A stretch of 64,000 nt of DNA, taken from the NCBI GenBank assembly GCA_013265495.1, contig MU058065.1, forward strand, positions 7,378,302 to 7,442,301, given 5' to 3'. The notes beneath the pieces are model-generated. The model made no database searches and was not told the DNA's origin. It saw only the letters and a list, made by a program, of their open reading frames with translations. Both the position numbers and the translations under genes were made by a program. The DNA comes from Vicugna vicugna. Lineage: Eukaryota. Shown piece by piece: positions 27,401 through 40,944 of the stretch. The stretch's first letter is position 1; every line of letters begins with the position of its first letter.

Positions 27401-28639
27401 CTCTGAGGTGATAACAGGTTATATTTGGGTCCTTGAGTCCTTCTCCCACTCCCTTAGGCTTTGGGTCCTGGCCCAGTAATTCCTGCTCTCACTTTCCCAT
27501 TCACAGTTAAGGGCAGGCAATGATTCCAGTGAGTTGAATTAGAGGGAGGTGATAGGGATTGGAGACTACTGAGAGAAAATCTGGGAGACAGATGACCTGG
27601 CCAGTGATAACCCTTTTAGGAATGTGTGACTTTACATGCGATAACACTTTTAGGAGTGTATAAGTCTACATGCAGCTGCCTGTGCTGGAAGAGGTATAAA
27701 GAATTCCTGTGAGTAAACTGGTTCTGAGAATCCTCCAATCCCTATGGGTGTGTGATTCCTGCAACCAGGAAAACTAGGAAGGGAGGATGCATAACAACAT
27801 GGAAGACTCAAGACCACTGCTACGTGGGCGGATCCCCTCATAAGGATGTGAAAGGTGGGGTGGGAGATACTGACTCTAAGGCAGATCACAGAATAGATTG
27901 CCCTGAGATGAATTTAGTTGGGGATTTTAACCAGAAAACCAGTCATAAAATCATTGCAGTAAGTAGAATATTAAAAATATAATTAGAAATCAAGCATGGT
28001 TTTAGAGTCTATGAAATAAACAATCCATAGGCCCAAATGGAGAAGTAAGGCAGAAGCATATGATAGACACCTCTTTGTGAAGAAGGTGGACAGGTTTCAC
28101 CTATCACATACGTAACCCCATCTGTCCACTCTGGGCAAGGGCAGCTCTCCATGCTTCAAATACTCAGGAAAGAGTAAGGGATGAGTCAGGGTGTAGGAGG
28201 AGTCTGTTTTTCTGGAGAATTTGACTTTGGAGGTTTCTGGCAGGAGTAGTATAAGGTTAGGAATTTTATCTGTCTTGTGGGTCATCTTTAGATGACCCAG
28301 TTTTTCCCACTTCCAGCTAGGAGCATCAAAATTGCAACTCAAGGATTGTATTATGGAATGCCTAAGCTGACCAGAGCATGGGTCTAACAGCTCCCAAACT
28401 CTGAGTTACAACTGTGCAGATTGCCTTGTGATGGTAGTTGCAGAAGGTGGAGGAAGATGTCCAAAGAAATGTCAGTTACCCAAGCAATAGCAAATAAAAG
28501 GGTGTGATCCCAAAATGCACCCCAGAGAGTAAGATAGTGTCTGAAGGCACAATCAAGTGGTATGGCTTCTGACATCTTCAAAGTGTTTCATGAGTATAAC
28601 TGACAAACAGAATAATTTCTGAATCCCGTTGGCTGATGG

Positions 28640-30310
28640 GCGTAGAGCACTGGATATTCTTCTACCCGAGTGTTGCATCTTTTTTGAAGGGGTTGGTTTT
28701 CTTCATTCTGCACAAGTAATTTGAGATTCATCTATATTGTGGATTACATCAATAATTGAACCCTTTTTATTACCATTATATGTACAAGATATATCACATC
28801 TTGTTTAATCAACCATTTACCCATTGAAGGACATCTGATCATTTACAGTTTAGGGCACTTATAAATCAAGCTGCTATTAACATCCATGTATAGGTTTATT
28901 GTATGTTGTTATTTCATCTAGGAGAGAGATTGCTTCATGGTAAGCATACATTTAACTTTTTAAGAAACTCTCAAACTGTTTTCCAAAGTGTCTGTACCAT
29001 TTTGCATTCCCACTAGCAATAGATGAATGTTATATTACTCCTGATCCTTTCCAACATTTGGTATGAATCGATGTATTAAGTGTTAGTGATTCCAATAAAT
29101 GTGTATAAGTATCTCATTGCAGTTTAACTTATATTTCCCCAATAAATAGTGCTGTTAAGTGCCTTTTCAAGTGCTTATTTGCTAATCATACATTTTCTTT
29201 AGTGAGTGTTTAAATATTTTGCCTATTTTTATTGCTTTGCTTTGTCTTTTCATTCTCTTAACAGTGATGTTTGAAGAGCAGAAGTTTTCGATGAAGTTCA
29301 ATGTATTAATATTTTTCTTTTATTTCCTTTTGTGGATGCTTTAGATGTAGTATCAGAGAAATTTTTGCCTAATCCAAGTTCACACAGTTTTCCTCCTATG
29401 TTGTCTTCTAAAAGTTTTATAGTACAGGTTCTACATCTATGATCCATTATGAGTTAATTTTTGTGTATGGTTTGAGATCTGAATTGAAGATCATCCTTTG
29501 GCATATCAATATCTAAATATTCCAGCACCATGTTTTGAAGCCTACCTTTCCTACACTAAATCATCTCTGTACTTAGGTTTAAAAAAATCCACATTTGTTT
29601 GCTCTATTTCTGAACCCTTTCTTCTGTTCCATTGATTTGTTTGTTGATCTTCATGCCGATATCTCACTGTCTTGATTACTCTAGTTTTTATAAGTTTTGA
29701 AGTCAACTAGTGCTAGACACCCAACTTTGTTTTTCTTTTTCAAACCTGTTTGTCATATATTGTCCAAAAAATCTGCTGAAATTTTGATCAAGTATTGCAT
29801 TGAATCTATAGATAAGTCTGAGGTGAATTGATAGCTATATGTGTTCCAATCCCTGAACAGAATATATCTCTCCATTTATTTATGTCCCCTTTAATTTCTT
29901 TTCACAATGTTTTGTAGTTTTTAGGGTACAGGCATTCCAAATCATTTGTCAGAATTATGCATAAGTATTTGGTTTTTTTAAATTGTAATGCTGTTTTTAA
30001 TATCAATTTCCAGTTGTTCATTGCTAGGATATAGGAATACAATTGATTTTTTTTTTGTTGATTCCATCTGATTTTCTACCTAGATAATCATGGTGTTTGT
30101 AACTAAAGTAAATTTTACTTCTTTCCAATCAAGATATTTTTACTTCTTGTTTTTGTCTAATTGTCCTGACTAGAAGCTGAAGTAAAATGTCAAATAGAAA
30201 TGCTGAGAACAGATACTATTTTCTTGTACTTGACCTCAGGGTAAAAGTACTTATTCTCCCACCATTCAATGTGATTGAGGTAGTTCTCTTCCATTCTTAG
30301 ATTGCAGAAT

Positions 30311-30344
<34 letters not shown>

Positions 30345-31440
30345 TGTGTGTGTTTACATGTGTGTGTTTTCATTTTTGGTCAGAAATTGGTATTGGATTT
30401 TGTCAGATGCTTTATTGTATTTATTGAGATGATCATCTTTTCTTTTCATTTGCTAATATAGTGAATTACATAGATTTATTGCCAAATGTTAATCTAACCT
30501 GTATTCCTGGAATAAACCCTGCTTCATCCTGTGCCATATTCTTTATACATATCATTGGACTTGGTTTACTAAAGTGTTGTCTAGAAGCTTTGCATCTATG
30601 TTCATGAAAGCTGTTAGTCTGTAGTCTTCTTCTCCCATAATGTCTTTGTATGGTTTTTGTATCAGAGTAATTCTGACCTCATAGAAAATATTCTCTTCTT
30701 TTTAAATTTTTGGGACTGTTTTATAGAGTTGGTATTATTTCTTCCTAAAAGTAATTCACCAATAATGGCATCTAAATCTGGGGTTTTCTTTGTAGGAAAA
30801 TTTTAAACTACAAATTCAATGTCTTTATTAGATATAGGGCTGTTTGTGTTAATGTGACCTGTTTCTTCTTAAGTGAGCTTTGGTAGTTTGTGTCTTTCAA
30901 GAAAGTTATCCATACCATTTAGATTGTCAAATTGTTGACATAGTGTTTTACATAATATTCCCCTATTATTCTTTTCATATTTGTAGAATCTATAATGATG
31001 CCACCTCTCATTCCTGATATTGGTAATTCATGTCTTTGCTCGCTCATGCTCTCTCTCTCTCTTGATTTTCCCTGATCTTATTAGAGGATGATCAATTCTA
31101 TTGATGTTTTTAAAGAACCACCTACTATTTCACTGGTTCATTTATCTTTATATTATTTTACTCTTTTCTATTTTATTGATTTCTGCCTTGATCTTTATTA
31201 TTTCCTTTATCTTACTTATTTTGGGTTTAATTTGCTCTTCTTTTTCCAGTTTCTTATGGTGGAAACTGAAATAATTGATTTGAGATTTTGTTTTATTTTT
31301 CTAATATAGATATTTGGTGCTATATATTTCTTCCTAAGTACTACTTTAGTGACATACCACAAGCTTTGATTTTCATCCATTTCAAAATACTTTCCAATTT
31401 CCCCATTGAGTTCCACTTTGATAACCGATAATTATAAAAA
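28640..31440 (-). mobile_element. Old L1 (L1MC/MD-like) 3' region and ORF2 remnants
   Basis: T-rich strand with antisense L1 motifs (ttccaaagtgtctgtaccattttgcattcccactagcaat; gcattgaatctatagataag); minus ORF 31216-31416 resembles ORF2 (EIGKYFEMDEN...LW). Confidence 0.85.
30312..30367. repeat. (TG)n microsatellite
   Basis: Direct reading. Confidence 0.95.
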
Positions 31441-32015
31441 TGTGATAATTTGATAATTATTATGATGTAAATAAGCAGAGCAACGGGATAGAAAATATTA
31501 GAAGATCATCTTTACTTTAGATGAGGCCCTAAGGGGAGACTTCTTGGAAGCGATGACATTCCATCCAAGGCCAGGAGGGTGAGAAGGAGCCAGCTAGAGA
31601 GTGCTGAAGCAAGAGTGTTGTAGGCATAGAGACAACAAATACAGAAGCTCTGAAACAGGAGAGAGGAAGAAAGAATCTTACAAGAGGCAAGAGGTGAAAG
31701 AAAATTTGCTCTAAGTTTTATCATCGAAGCATGCGATTTCCAAATACTGCAAAGTATAGGAATAAGCAGTAGCTGTGAGGACAGAGGGCTTCCAGGTTTG
31801 GCCTGACTACAGCTCATCTTAGAGTCAAGGCAATGGATAAAATGACCCTTGGAGAAGCCTTGCCATCCCCGGAATTCTATCCCTGTGAAGTTGTTGAAAT
31901 ATTGTTCCATCTTTAGAATGTGCTGCTGTACATCCTTAGTAAATTAAATTCTTTATTCTTGGTAGTTTGCCATGAGTGATCACTGGATTATTATTTTTTT
32001 CTTTAAATTTTTTTT

Positions 32016-32480
32016 ATACAGTGGAATACTATTCAGCCATAAAAACTAACAACATAATGCCATTTGCAGCAACATGGATGCTCCTGGAGAGTGTCATTCT
32101 AAGTGAACTAAGCCAGAAAGAGAAAGAAAAATACCATAGGAGATTGCTCATATGTGGAATCTAAAAAANNNNNNNNNNNNNNNNNNNNNNNNNNNNAAAT
32201 ACAAAACAGAAACAGGCTCATAGATATAGAATACAAACTTGTGGTTGCCAAGGGGGGGTAGGAAGGGATAGACTGGGATTACAAAATTGTAGAATAGATA
32301 AACAAGATTATACTGTATAGCACAGGGAAATATACACAAGATCTTATGATAGCTCACAGAGAAAAAAATGTGACAATGAATATATATGTATGTTCATGTA
32401 TAACTGAAAAATTGTGCTCTACACTGGAATTTGACACAACACTGTAAAATGATTATAAATCAATAAAAAATTGTTAAAAA
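32016..32480 (+). mobile_element. Young 5'-truncated L1 (ORF2 end and 3' UTR), camelid-like
   Basis: YTVEYYSAIK...MPFAATWMLLESVILSE; 3' end aatcaataaaaaattgttaaaaa; probable TSD aaatttttttt (32005-32015, 32478-32488) at a TT/AAA site. Confidence 0.9.
32169..32196. other. Assembly gap (28 N)
   Basis: Run of n inside the A-rich linker of the L1. Confidence 0.99.
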
Positions 32481-34789
32481 TTTTTTTTGATTCTAAAGCA
32501 GCTTTCCAGATAGACCTCAAATAACTGATTCATATTAAATACATTTCTTTGCCTTTTCCTTCGCTCTAGCCTCCCTGTGTGGGGCTCTTTGGTTCTTGAT
32601 GACAAGACTAAAATGATAAATCATGGACCCAATCTGGTGCCATCGATTTTCAACATTATTCTTTTTTTCATCACAAAGGATCTGTGATGGAAAATGTTCT
32701 TTAGTCAGCCACAGCTGGCTCCAGGACCACAGTGAGTTAGTAAACATCTGTTAAAGACAGGCTGAAGACGTGATTTCCTTAAATTATTTTCTCCAAGCTG
32801 GCTCACTGAGGAATTGTTCCCTCTATCTCTGGAAATCTTTACCTGTACTTTTTCTCCTCTTTGGTTCCCCTGAGCTTTCATCAACTCTTCCAATTCTGTC
32901 CACAATTGAATAATACATATTTTGTGTATTTCTTTCATGTCAGTCTTGAGGAAATCTAGTGAACATTCTATCTTTTCCCTAGTGGTGAGGACCCTGCTCT
33001 TAGGATCTTTGTCACAGGTGCCTTAGACCATCACTTCACCTTCCAGTAGAAGATTAGGGAGAATTTGGCTTTTATATTTTTTTGACCATCCTGCAAGATG
33101 AGATCAGTCAAAGAAATCTCATCATGAATGTAGTTCCCAGGATGGAACCATTTCAAGAATGGGAATTAAGAATTCTGTTCTATTTGGGATGTCCTCTTCT
33201 CAAGTGCAGAATGATTGGTTCTCTCCTAGTCTTTAGATATTCTGAGCAAAGGTCTTTCTAAATTTTTTTTTCTGCTTATATTTCTGTTTCCTCCATTCCT
33301 TCAGTTAGGAAATCCTTTCTGGTACCTGAGAGAAGAAACAATTTTATTCGTCTTCCCACATTTATTCTTTGGCTTGTAGAGAAGGAATATAATACTTCCA
33401 TCTTATCCCTCCAACTGCCTATTTGCTCCTCCCCAAAGGAAGTGGGCGGGGGCGGGGAGATGTTGGCTGGTGAGAGCTTGACCTTCACTGAACCACACTT
33501 ACTGGTGGATGGAGTGGCAGTATTAAATGCTGCCCCAGTTTACACAAGGTATTGTTTCTCTCATGGGAATTGAGGGTTCATGTGGAGAGACGTTCGTTCA
33601 TCCAGCACAAGGGAACGGGTTGCAGGGTCTTCTCCTTGTGGCAAACTCCATGTGGTAAATTCCCTGAGCAAGGGCTCCAAGTATGGGGGAGGGAGGGAGG
33701 ATCTTCATCCTTTCTATGTTTTCTAGCTGTGTTAGGGTGTAGAAGCAGGCTTGTAGTCCTTGAAGCTAGCTGGGTAGCTAATTCAGGTCAGACACACAGA
33801 TCACCTGTTCAGACAGGTGGCTCCTAAGACCAAGATTTGGGTAGCTGGAATTGGAAGCCCCATTAAACTTAAGGTCTAAGTCTTATTCTCCAAAATTGTC
33901 TGCAAATCCTACTTTCACAGTAAGATTGGGTATATCCTTCTTCACCATGAAGCAGTTTGGTCCTTTGATCCCTATTTGATTTCATGAACCTGGTATCTTT
34001 TCTCTCAATGGAGCAGAGCCTAGAGGAAGAGACTGTAGCCCATCTTCTAGCCTCCATCTAAATGTTTTATGTTGAATGTAGCCTTTTAAGGTGAAAATGG
34101 TTTTTAAAGTTATACTAATTGTCTCCCAGAGCTCCAAAGATTCTTGTGTGTGTATATGTGTCTAACTACCCTCAGTGTTCATGGCTGAAAAACTCAGAAG
34201 TGTCAGGTTCATGCATCTAAGGAAATGGAGACCCAGAGAGGTCAGCTGCCTGGTCTACAGTCATAAACACATTGTCAAGACCTTTCTCTTTCCATCGTTC
34301 CTATGGTATTTGAGTTGGCACAATGTGTTAACATTTTGTCTCCTTAGTGCTAAAAAATAAAGATGCCATAATAAAGAGGTAAAAATTGCCTCAATTCCTT
34401 CTGCATGTCTATAAACCACCCTCTTGAGTCTACTTAGAGTTCCATGCCCCAAATCTTGGACATAGTCCCAGGAACAAAATCAGTCCTCTAGGTCTTGAAG
34501 AGAATGGATTAAACTACCAGATACATCATCAGCCAGTGTTGATGATCCAATTTCTTTCTCTTTGTGCTTATCACCATTGATGTATACTCTGCAGATGGAA
34601 TGGTGATTCCAGTTATGGGGGAAAAGCCATGGATGTGCTTAATTTCCTACCACTCTCTGTGACAAAGCTAATTTCATGTCCTGTGATCAAATAACTGTAA
34701 CTTTGTAAAAGCAAAATGTGTTGGAATAGAGATACTCAGGGTCCTTGTGTGGCTTGGAATATTGCCAGGGCAGCTATGGGGTCTGAGTG

Positions 34790-35070
34790 AGTGTTTTTAT
34801 TTTATTCCTGCTTTATTGCACTGCCTAATTCTCCCATTTCAAAATGTCGTGGAGTAGGCTGGTGTCATTTGTTTTCATAAATTAATGTCGATTGCAATTT
34901 ATGGCCAGATGGGCCCTGAAAAATAAGAGGCTTGTGTGTCTTTTGGAAGGTTTAAAGAAAAGCAGTGGGCATGCTTGGAGTGAACTTTTGCACTTCAATG
35001 CTTCATTCTGCGGAGAGAGTAAATACTTGTGAAAAACTCTGTTTTATAACAGCTGGGCACAAAGGGCTCC
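34790..35070. promoter_or_regulatory. Candidate developmental enhancer / conserved non-coding element
   Basis: Non-repetitive tract with TGTCA (34863), inverted CATAAATT/AATTTATGG pair (34876-34904) and GTAAATA (~35019). Motif inspection only. Confidence 0.3.
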
Positions 35071-36961
35071 TTCTTAGGATTACTTTTTGTCACTGCTTCT
35101 AATTCCTGTAGCAACTAGAAAAAATGTAAATATTGTCATTTTTCTTACTGGGAAGCCACGTGTATGTTGAGGAACAACTCCGTTCTGCTTGGAAATCAGA
35201 GGTCTAGGGTTTGAATTCCCCAGATATTGCCCCAGCCAGCTAATGTGGAGTGGGTGGGAAGTGGGGTGCATATTGGATCAATGCAGATGGAAGCTCTGAC
35301 CCAGTATGTATATCTCTTTTTGCTATTCCTTTATGAATCAGTGGGAAGAACTGGATTAGTGAGAGGCACAGAAAAAAGAAAAAAAAAACTAGAGAATTTG
35401 ATGAGTCTATGATTCTAAGAAATATGGCATGTGGGAAGCTGGAATCCAAGGTCGGCTTGGCAGCAGCCAAAGAGGAGGCTGCTTGGCTGCTGTAAGCATT
35501 CAGAGACCACGTGCAGCTGGATGATGCTTCCTCCCACAAAGGCACATGCCTTGAGATATGTGAGGGACAGCACTAGAAGCCCTCTTTTCTTAACCATGTT
35601 GGTATATAGCTATGTGATAAGTCACATAGATCCTCAATTAACTTACTTTCCACTAAAACCAAGTATCTAGACAAGACAAGCTCCAGGATCTCTTTCATCT
35701 CTAACACCCTTTTGTTGATAAACTTTGTTTCATGAAATTATGTTAGGATTAGAATATTATTTTATTCTCCTACTCGAGTAATTGGCCCTTAAATTCCTCT
35801 TAGTAAACATAACATTATCTAATGACCTTTACCCATCTAATGCCCTTGCCATATTTTTGTAGACCTTTATAGCTGAAAAAAAAAACATTTTCATATATGA
35901 AATTTTGTGAGATAGATAACAAAGTAACCACAATTGGTCTCAGCCCTCATAACTGAACTGGGATTTAAGCTTAGTCTCCTGGAGATGTTGCTGCTCTATC
36001 ATTCAGCAAAATCACTCACATATTTCTTTTGGAACACAAACTAGATGCAAAGTACTTTGTTGAACATAAGAAATGCATCATTGAACAAGACAGGTGCAAT
36101 CCATATCCTCAGGTTGCTCATATATTGTTGGGCAAAACAACACTTAATTATAATACAATGTGATGCGTGTGATGGAAGGGGATGGGGCCATCCAGCAGGA
36201 GAATCTAGCCCAGAGTAAAAGCCCATAAAGATCTCATTGAAGAAGTGAAATTTAATTCTGCTCAAGAATGGAATTGCTTTAGCCAGGCCAAAAGGGAGTT
36301 AGGGAAGAATGTTCCAGGCAGTGGGAATAATATGTCCTTTGGATTAAGACAGGATTTCTCTAATAACGTGGATGGGTTGGAGGAAGGAATGTAAGGAGAA
36401 GAACAAGAACAACCCAAGGTAAACAATGGGCAACTAGAAGATTATTTCCCACTGTGTTTACATATAAAATAACTTTTGAGATTGATGATCTACCTGAATA
36501 ATTGCAGCTACCTCACATCGAAACTGGATAAATTTTGGATAATTTAATAAAACATTAAATCAATATGTATCCTGGGAAGTCTATGAAACTCTGAATGCCT
36601 GCCACATCCATAGCCCTCATCTATGGAAAGAATCCACAACAGGTAGTCCCCTTCCTAGAGGTCAATCAAGTTTGTACCATGTGACCTTCAAAACCCTGGA
36701 GACATCTGATTGGACCAGGGATCGATGTCTGAGACATTGGTAGTCATAAGAGGTGCCCCCAGGGAAGGACTATATTTCACAGAAGTGTAAGAGACTGGAT
36801 AGTAACTGAAGGATCTAGTCAGTATATCTGAAGGTAAAGCAGAAAGACAAGGAGGACAAGAGATGCTATGACTGCAGAAAGCTATAGAAACCATGAGTAA
36901 GAAGAAATCATGCTGAGTGTGCAGGGGGTTAGAGAAAGAACAAGAGTAGGTAAATACAGTT

Positions 36962-37073
36962 CAAGGGAGCAGGGGGCAAGGGAGGAGGGGGGGCAAGGGA
37001 ACAGGGGGCAAGGGAGTAGGGGGGGCAAGGGAGTAGGGGGGGCAAGGGAGTGAGGGGGCAAAGACAGTAGGGG
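36962..37073 (+). repeat. G-rich minisatellite, ~7 units of 15-17 bp (caagggagtaggggggg)
   Basis: caaggga recurs at 36962, 36977, 36994, 37009, 37026, 37043. Confidence 0.9.
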
Positions 37074-37129
37074 ATGGGGGAGGAGGAGGATGAAGGCAGA
37101 AGTAGTAACAGAAAGAAGCAGAATTGTAG

Positions 37130-37640
37130 AAATTGGAGAATGACTGATAAGCCATTTATTGAGTTAAAAAGCTGCAGAATGCCAATGGTTTGGAGTGGAT
37201 TTATGCACTGCTGTTGGGAGTGTTGCCAGGGACAGTCTTTCTGGAGAGCAATCTGACACAACTTAGTCAAATTAAAATGAATACTACATGTATTTCCCAA
37301 GAATATCTCACATAGGCACATAAGGGGATTTATGTGAAGATGTTCATTATAGTGTTATTTGTAGTGACTGGCAGTTGGCAACAATCTGGAAATGCATCAA
37401 TAGGGATTATATAGGCAACATGTATCATGGGGAACTAAGCAACTATGAACATTAACAGCCTAAAGGAACTTTTAATAATACAGATGAACTTATATATAGT
37501 GATGAGTGAAAAAGGTAAGAACAGAAGGAGACATATAATAAAGCAGCATTTTTCAAGATGAAAAATACAGATATTAAAGAAATACATACTTTACAAGAAC
37601 ATGTACAAACCAAAAGATATACACTAAACCCAAAAAAGAG
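37130..37640 (+). mobile_element. Ancient L1 (L1ME-like) 3' fragment
   Basis: cactgctgttgggagtgt...ttctggagagcaatctgaca...gaagatgttcattatagtgttatttgtagtg. Confidence 0.6.
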
Positions 37641-37641
37641 G

Positions 37642-37774
37642 GTGGAGGGGTATAGCTCAGTGGTCAAGCATGTGCCTGGTGTGCCTAAGGTCCTTGGTTC
37701 AAACTCCAGTGCCTCTGTTAAGGGGGGGGGGGAATAAATAAGCTAAATTTAATATTTAAAAAAAAAGAAAAAAA
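37642..37774 (+). mobile_element. tRNA-derived SINE (camelid vic-1-like)
   Basis: ggaggggtatagctcagtgg (A box) ... ggttcaaactcc (B box), A-rich tail. Confidence 0.8.
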
Positions 37775-38249
37775 GTGGTTGCTAAAGGGTGGGGGAATAG
37801 AAGACTAGGATGCCAGAAGGGGGATAAAAGTAAATAAGAAACAAGATAGAGAATAACCGTGGCCTGAGGAACACAATTTGTTCAAATAACAAAAGAAGGG
37901 AAAGATGGAGAGGAGAAAAAAGTGAGGAAAAGAAAGTAAAGTTGGTGACAAGCAGACAAACACTGGTCATATGACAGGTTATGGCTGCAATAATCTAAAA
38001 GGTTAAGAATGATTTTCCAGATCTCTGAGGTCTGGCCATGCAGCTGTGGAGTTTCCTGGACTTCTTTTATGCCACATATCTTTATAATAAACCCCAGTCC
38101 TCTGAGGTCATCTGAGCGGGTCTCCATTCTCTAAAACCTTAAATCACCTAAGGAAAAGTTGTAAAATGGGATATAAATGACAAATCAAGCTACTTTTGTA
38201 GGACAATTATTAGGTACTAAGCCCTATCCTAGACTATTTTATATGTCAG

Positions 38250-38420
38250 ATATTACTTAATTCTAACAACAATTGCATGTTTAGGTACAATTATTATCTT
38301 CATTATACGAATGAGGAAACTGAAACACAGAGAGGCTAAGTCACATGCCCAAGGTTGCAGCCAGTAGGTAGTAAGATGGGATTCAAAATCAGGCAGTTTG
38401 GTTACAGAGCCTGTGCTTAT
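38250..38420 (-). mobile_element. MIR SINE
   Basis: atgaggaaactgaaacacagagaggctaagtcacatgcccaaggttgcagcc. Confidence 0.85.
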
Positions 38421-38679
38421 AACCAAAAGTGGTATCACAAGATGCTCTTGAGTAAACTGTATTTGAGTGGCTAGTTTTGCTCAATGTCAAGCTTGACTAA
38501 CTTCTCAAAATTCTTAGATTTTTAAAATTCAGTAACCCCAGTAGAGGCAGTTAGTAACACTTAGACTGACTCTGAAGTAGTCAGATTTGGAGGAAGGAAA
38601 TGCTACTCCAGGCATGCCATATTTGATTCTAAAACCATGATCTTCCTATTCCATCATGAGGAAGGGAATAACACCAAGG

Positions 38680-38850
38680 ACACTGGATTTGGAGTCAGTG
38701 GTTCATCTCTCCCAGGCCATGTGACCTTGTGTGAGTCATCAAGCTTTCTGATCCTCAGTTTCCTCATTTGAAAAGCTGTGACTAATAACAACTCTCATGC
38801 CTTGTTATGGGTGTTAAATGAAGTGATATACGGTAAAGAACTTTGAACAT
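38680..38850 (+). mobile_element. MIR SINE
   Basis: tttggagtcag...tgtgaccttg...cctcagtttcctcatttgaaa. Confidence 0.75.
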
Positions 38851-40090
38851 TGCACAGCCTGTGTCTGGAGCCTGTGACACACTATTTGAGGTGATCCTTC
38901 AGGCTCTTCTTCTCCCACCCCGTGCCTTTTGTTAAGTCTCAACACCAATTGGGAGAGCCTTGGATTCCTATTGCATGAATATCAACCTGGGAGTTAGGCT
39001 GTGGTCACCACCAAGTCCATGGTGCTGTTTGGTAGTTAACGTATGTGGTAGTAGAGTTTAGCCTCAGTGTTGTTTGTTTTTCAACTCTGCATGGAGTAAC
39101 TTGATATTTCTGGGTGTGTTTTCAATTTTCTTGGCAACTAGAGCATCATAGGACTGTATTTCCCACCCTTACTCTCTGGGTTTTGCCACATCTTTTCTCC
39201 ACCAGCCCTTCTCTGAGTCTCCTCCCACACCAGAATCTGATTGGTCCTTCCCTGGAAGTCCTTTAAAACTATATTTGTCACTTTCTTAGGAGTCATATCT
39301 TTATTCTAGTGGTACATGTGCTTATCCTTACTATGCCTTGTTTAGAGTAGGAGCCCTTAAATGAGTCCTTGCCTGCTTTACCTTTAAGTAGCTTGGTGTC
39401 TGCCATGTAGGGGCACATAAAAGACGCCCAGTGAACCAAAGAGCTGTGAACCCACCCTTCGGGTCACCCAGACTGCATGAAGTAAGGGGACTTTGATGAG
39501 TCACAGGCCCTACTGGTGTAAAGAAAGATTCAAGGGACCAGCAGCACCATCTGACATCAGTTTTCAAGCTCTCCATTGCTTTTCCTGGAAGGATCATGAA
39601 CTTAGCACTGTTACACTCCACTGGTTCTAAGACTTGGGGCTTTCAGTTACTACCATTCATTGTTATGAATCTACTCAGGAAACATTTATGAAGTGCCTAC
39701 TTGTAGCTGACTGAGGGCCCAGGATTAAGAAGACTAAAATGTGAGTCTTGCCTATGAGAGGCCATGGTCTGATGGGAAACATAAATGGAGGCAAAAAACT
39801 AAAATTCAATAGCAAAAAGAAATGTTAACAGTAGAGATGTGAGCAATTGGGAGCAAGTGGACCACAGTGAAACTTTTCACAGTAAAATGTTGGGAGAATA
39901 AAGGGAGTGACTGAATCTTTGGATGTTCTTTGAAGTAGAATTTGAGCAAGAAAACGGAAGAAACTAAAGACCTGGAATGACCTGTTTTTTGCTGCACTTT
40001 TCTCCAACAACACGTGCCAAAGCTCAGAAACATGAGGGAGAAGGTATACTTTGGGTGATGATGAGTACTTCTGTACTGAGATAAGGGTGC

Positions 40091-40732
40091 TTGAAAGAGG
40101 GGCAGAGTTTATAGTGGCTAAAAGTACAGACATCCTAGGTTCAAATGCCAGCTTGGCATTCACTAGCTTTGTAACCTGGGAGAAGTTGCTCAAGATCTTT
40201 GTGCTTTAATTTTTTAATCTATAAAAATACGGGTAACATTATCTACCTTATAAGACTGCTTTCAATGTTAGATCTGTTAACATCATCATCATCATCACCA
40301 ACATCATCTTAGGAAAGCTTATCCTCTCAATTCATCAAAGCTTAGAGTCTTCTCCCTGGCTCCACCTCACCCCTTGTTGAATGAGAAGCTTCTAGAGAGA
40401 CTCAGCTAGAAGCGGAAAGGAAGAGCGAGAGGAAGAGCCACAGTGAATGAGGTTGGGGTAAACTGAATGGGAGTCTGGGGTCCAAGAAAGAAAGTCAAAC
40501 ACTCAGGTACCAGTCAGATAGATGAACACAAGAGACCCCAGGCGTTTGCTCATGTCAACCTCATGCACGTGGCTTCTAATGCTATATTTAAAATGTTGGT
40601 GAAATTATAATCCTGTTGTAGTTCCTTTGGAGGCTGGTTCATTAATCTAGGCAGTGTGTGTGGCTGGCAGGTAGCCAGCATCATCCCCTGACTCCCATCC
40701 CCATGTGACTCAGCACAAATCAGACACTTTAA
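40091..40732 (+). repeat. Inverted repeat, left arm (642 bp; includes a MIR at ~40108-40300)
   Basis: Ungapped match to reverse complement of 44122-44763; 11 mismatches by manual alignment. Confidence 0.97.
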
Positions 40733-40910
40733 TATCTTCTGATCCCAAGTTTGAACTTGCCCCTAAAGAAAGCCTGCCTCTCCCTATCCACTTTCTCCCC
40801 ACCTTCACAATCCATACCCCACTTCCAATTTATCAGCTAGTAAATTCTGAGTTGAACTTGGAGCCAGAGTTTCATTTGGTTTTGGCAAAGAATCAACTTC
40901 TTCCAAGAAA

Positions 40911-40913
<3 letters not shown>

Positions 40914-40942
<29 letters not shown>
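40914..40942 (+). repeat. Poly(A) run
   Basis: Direct reading. Confidence 0.9.

Positions 40943-40944
<2 letters not shown>

Noticed and set aside
37642..37710. tRNA gene
   Set aside because: A/B boxes belong to a SINE head with an A-rich tail; no intact cloverleaf.
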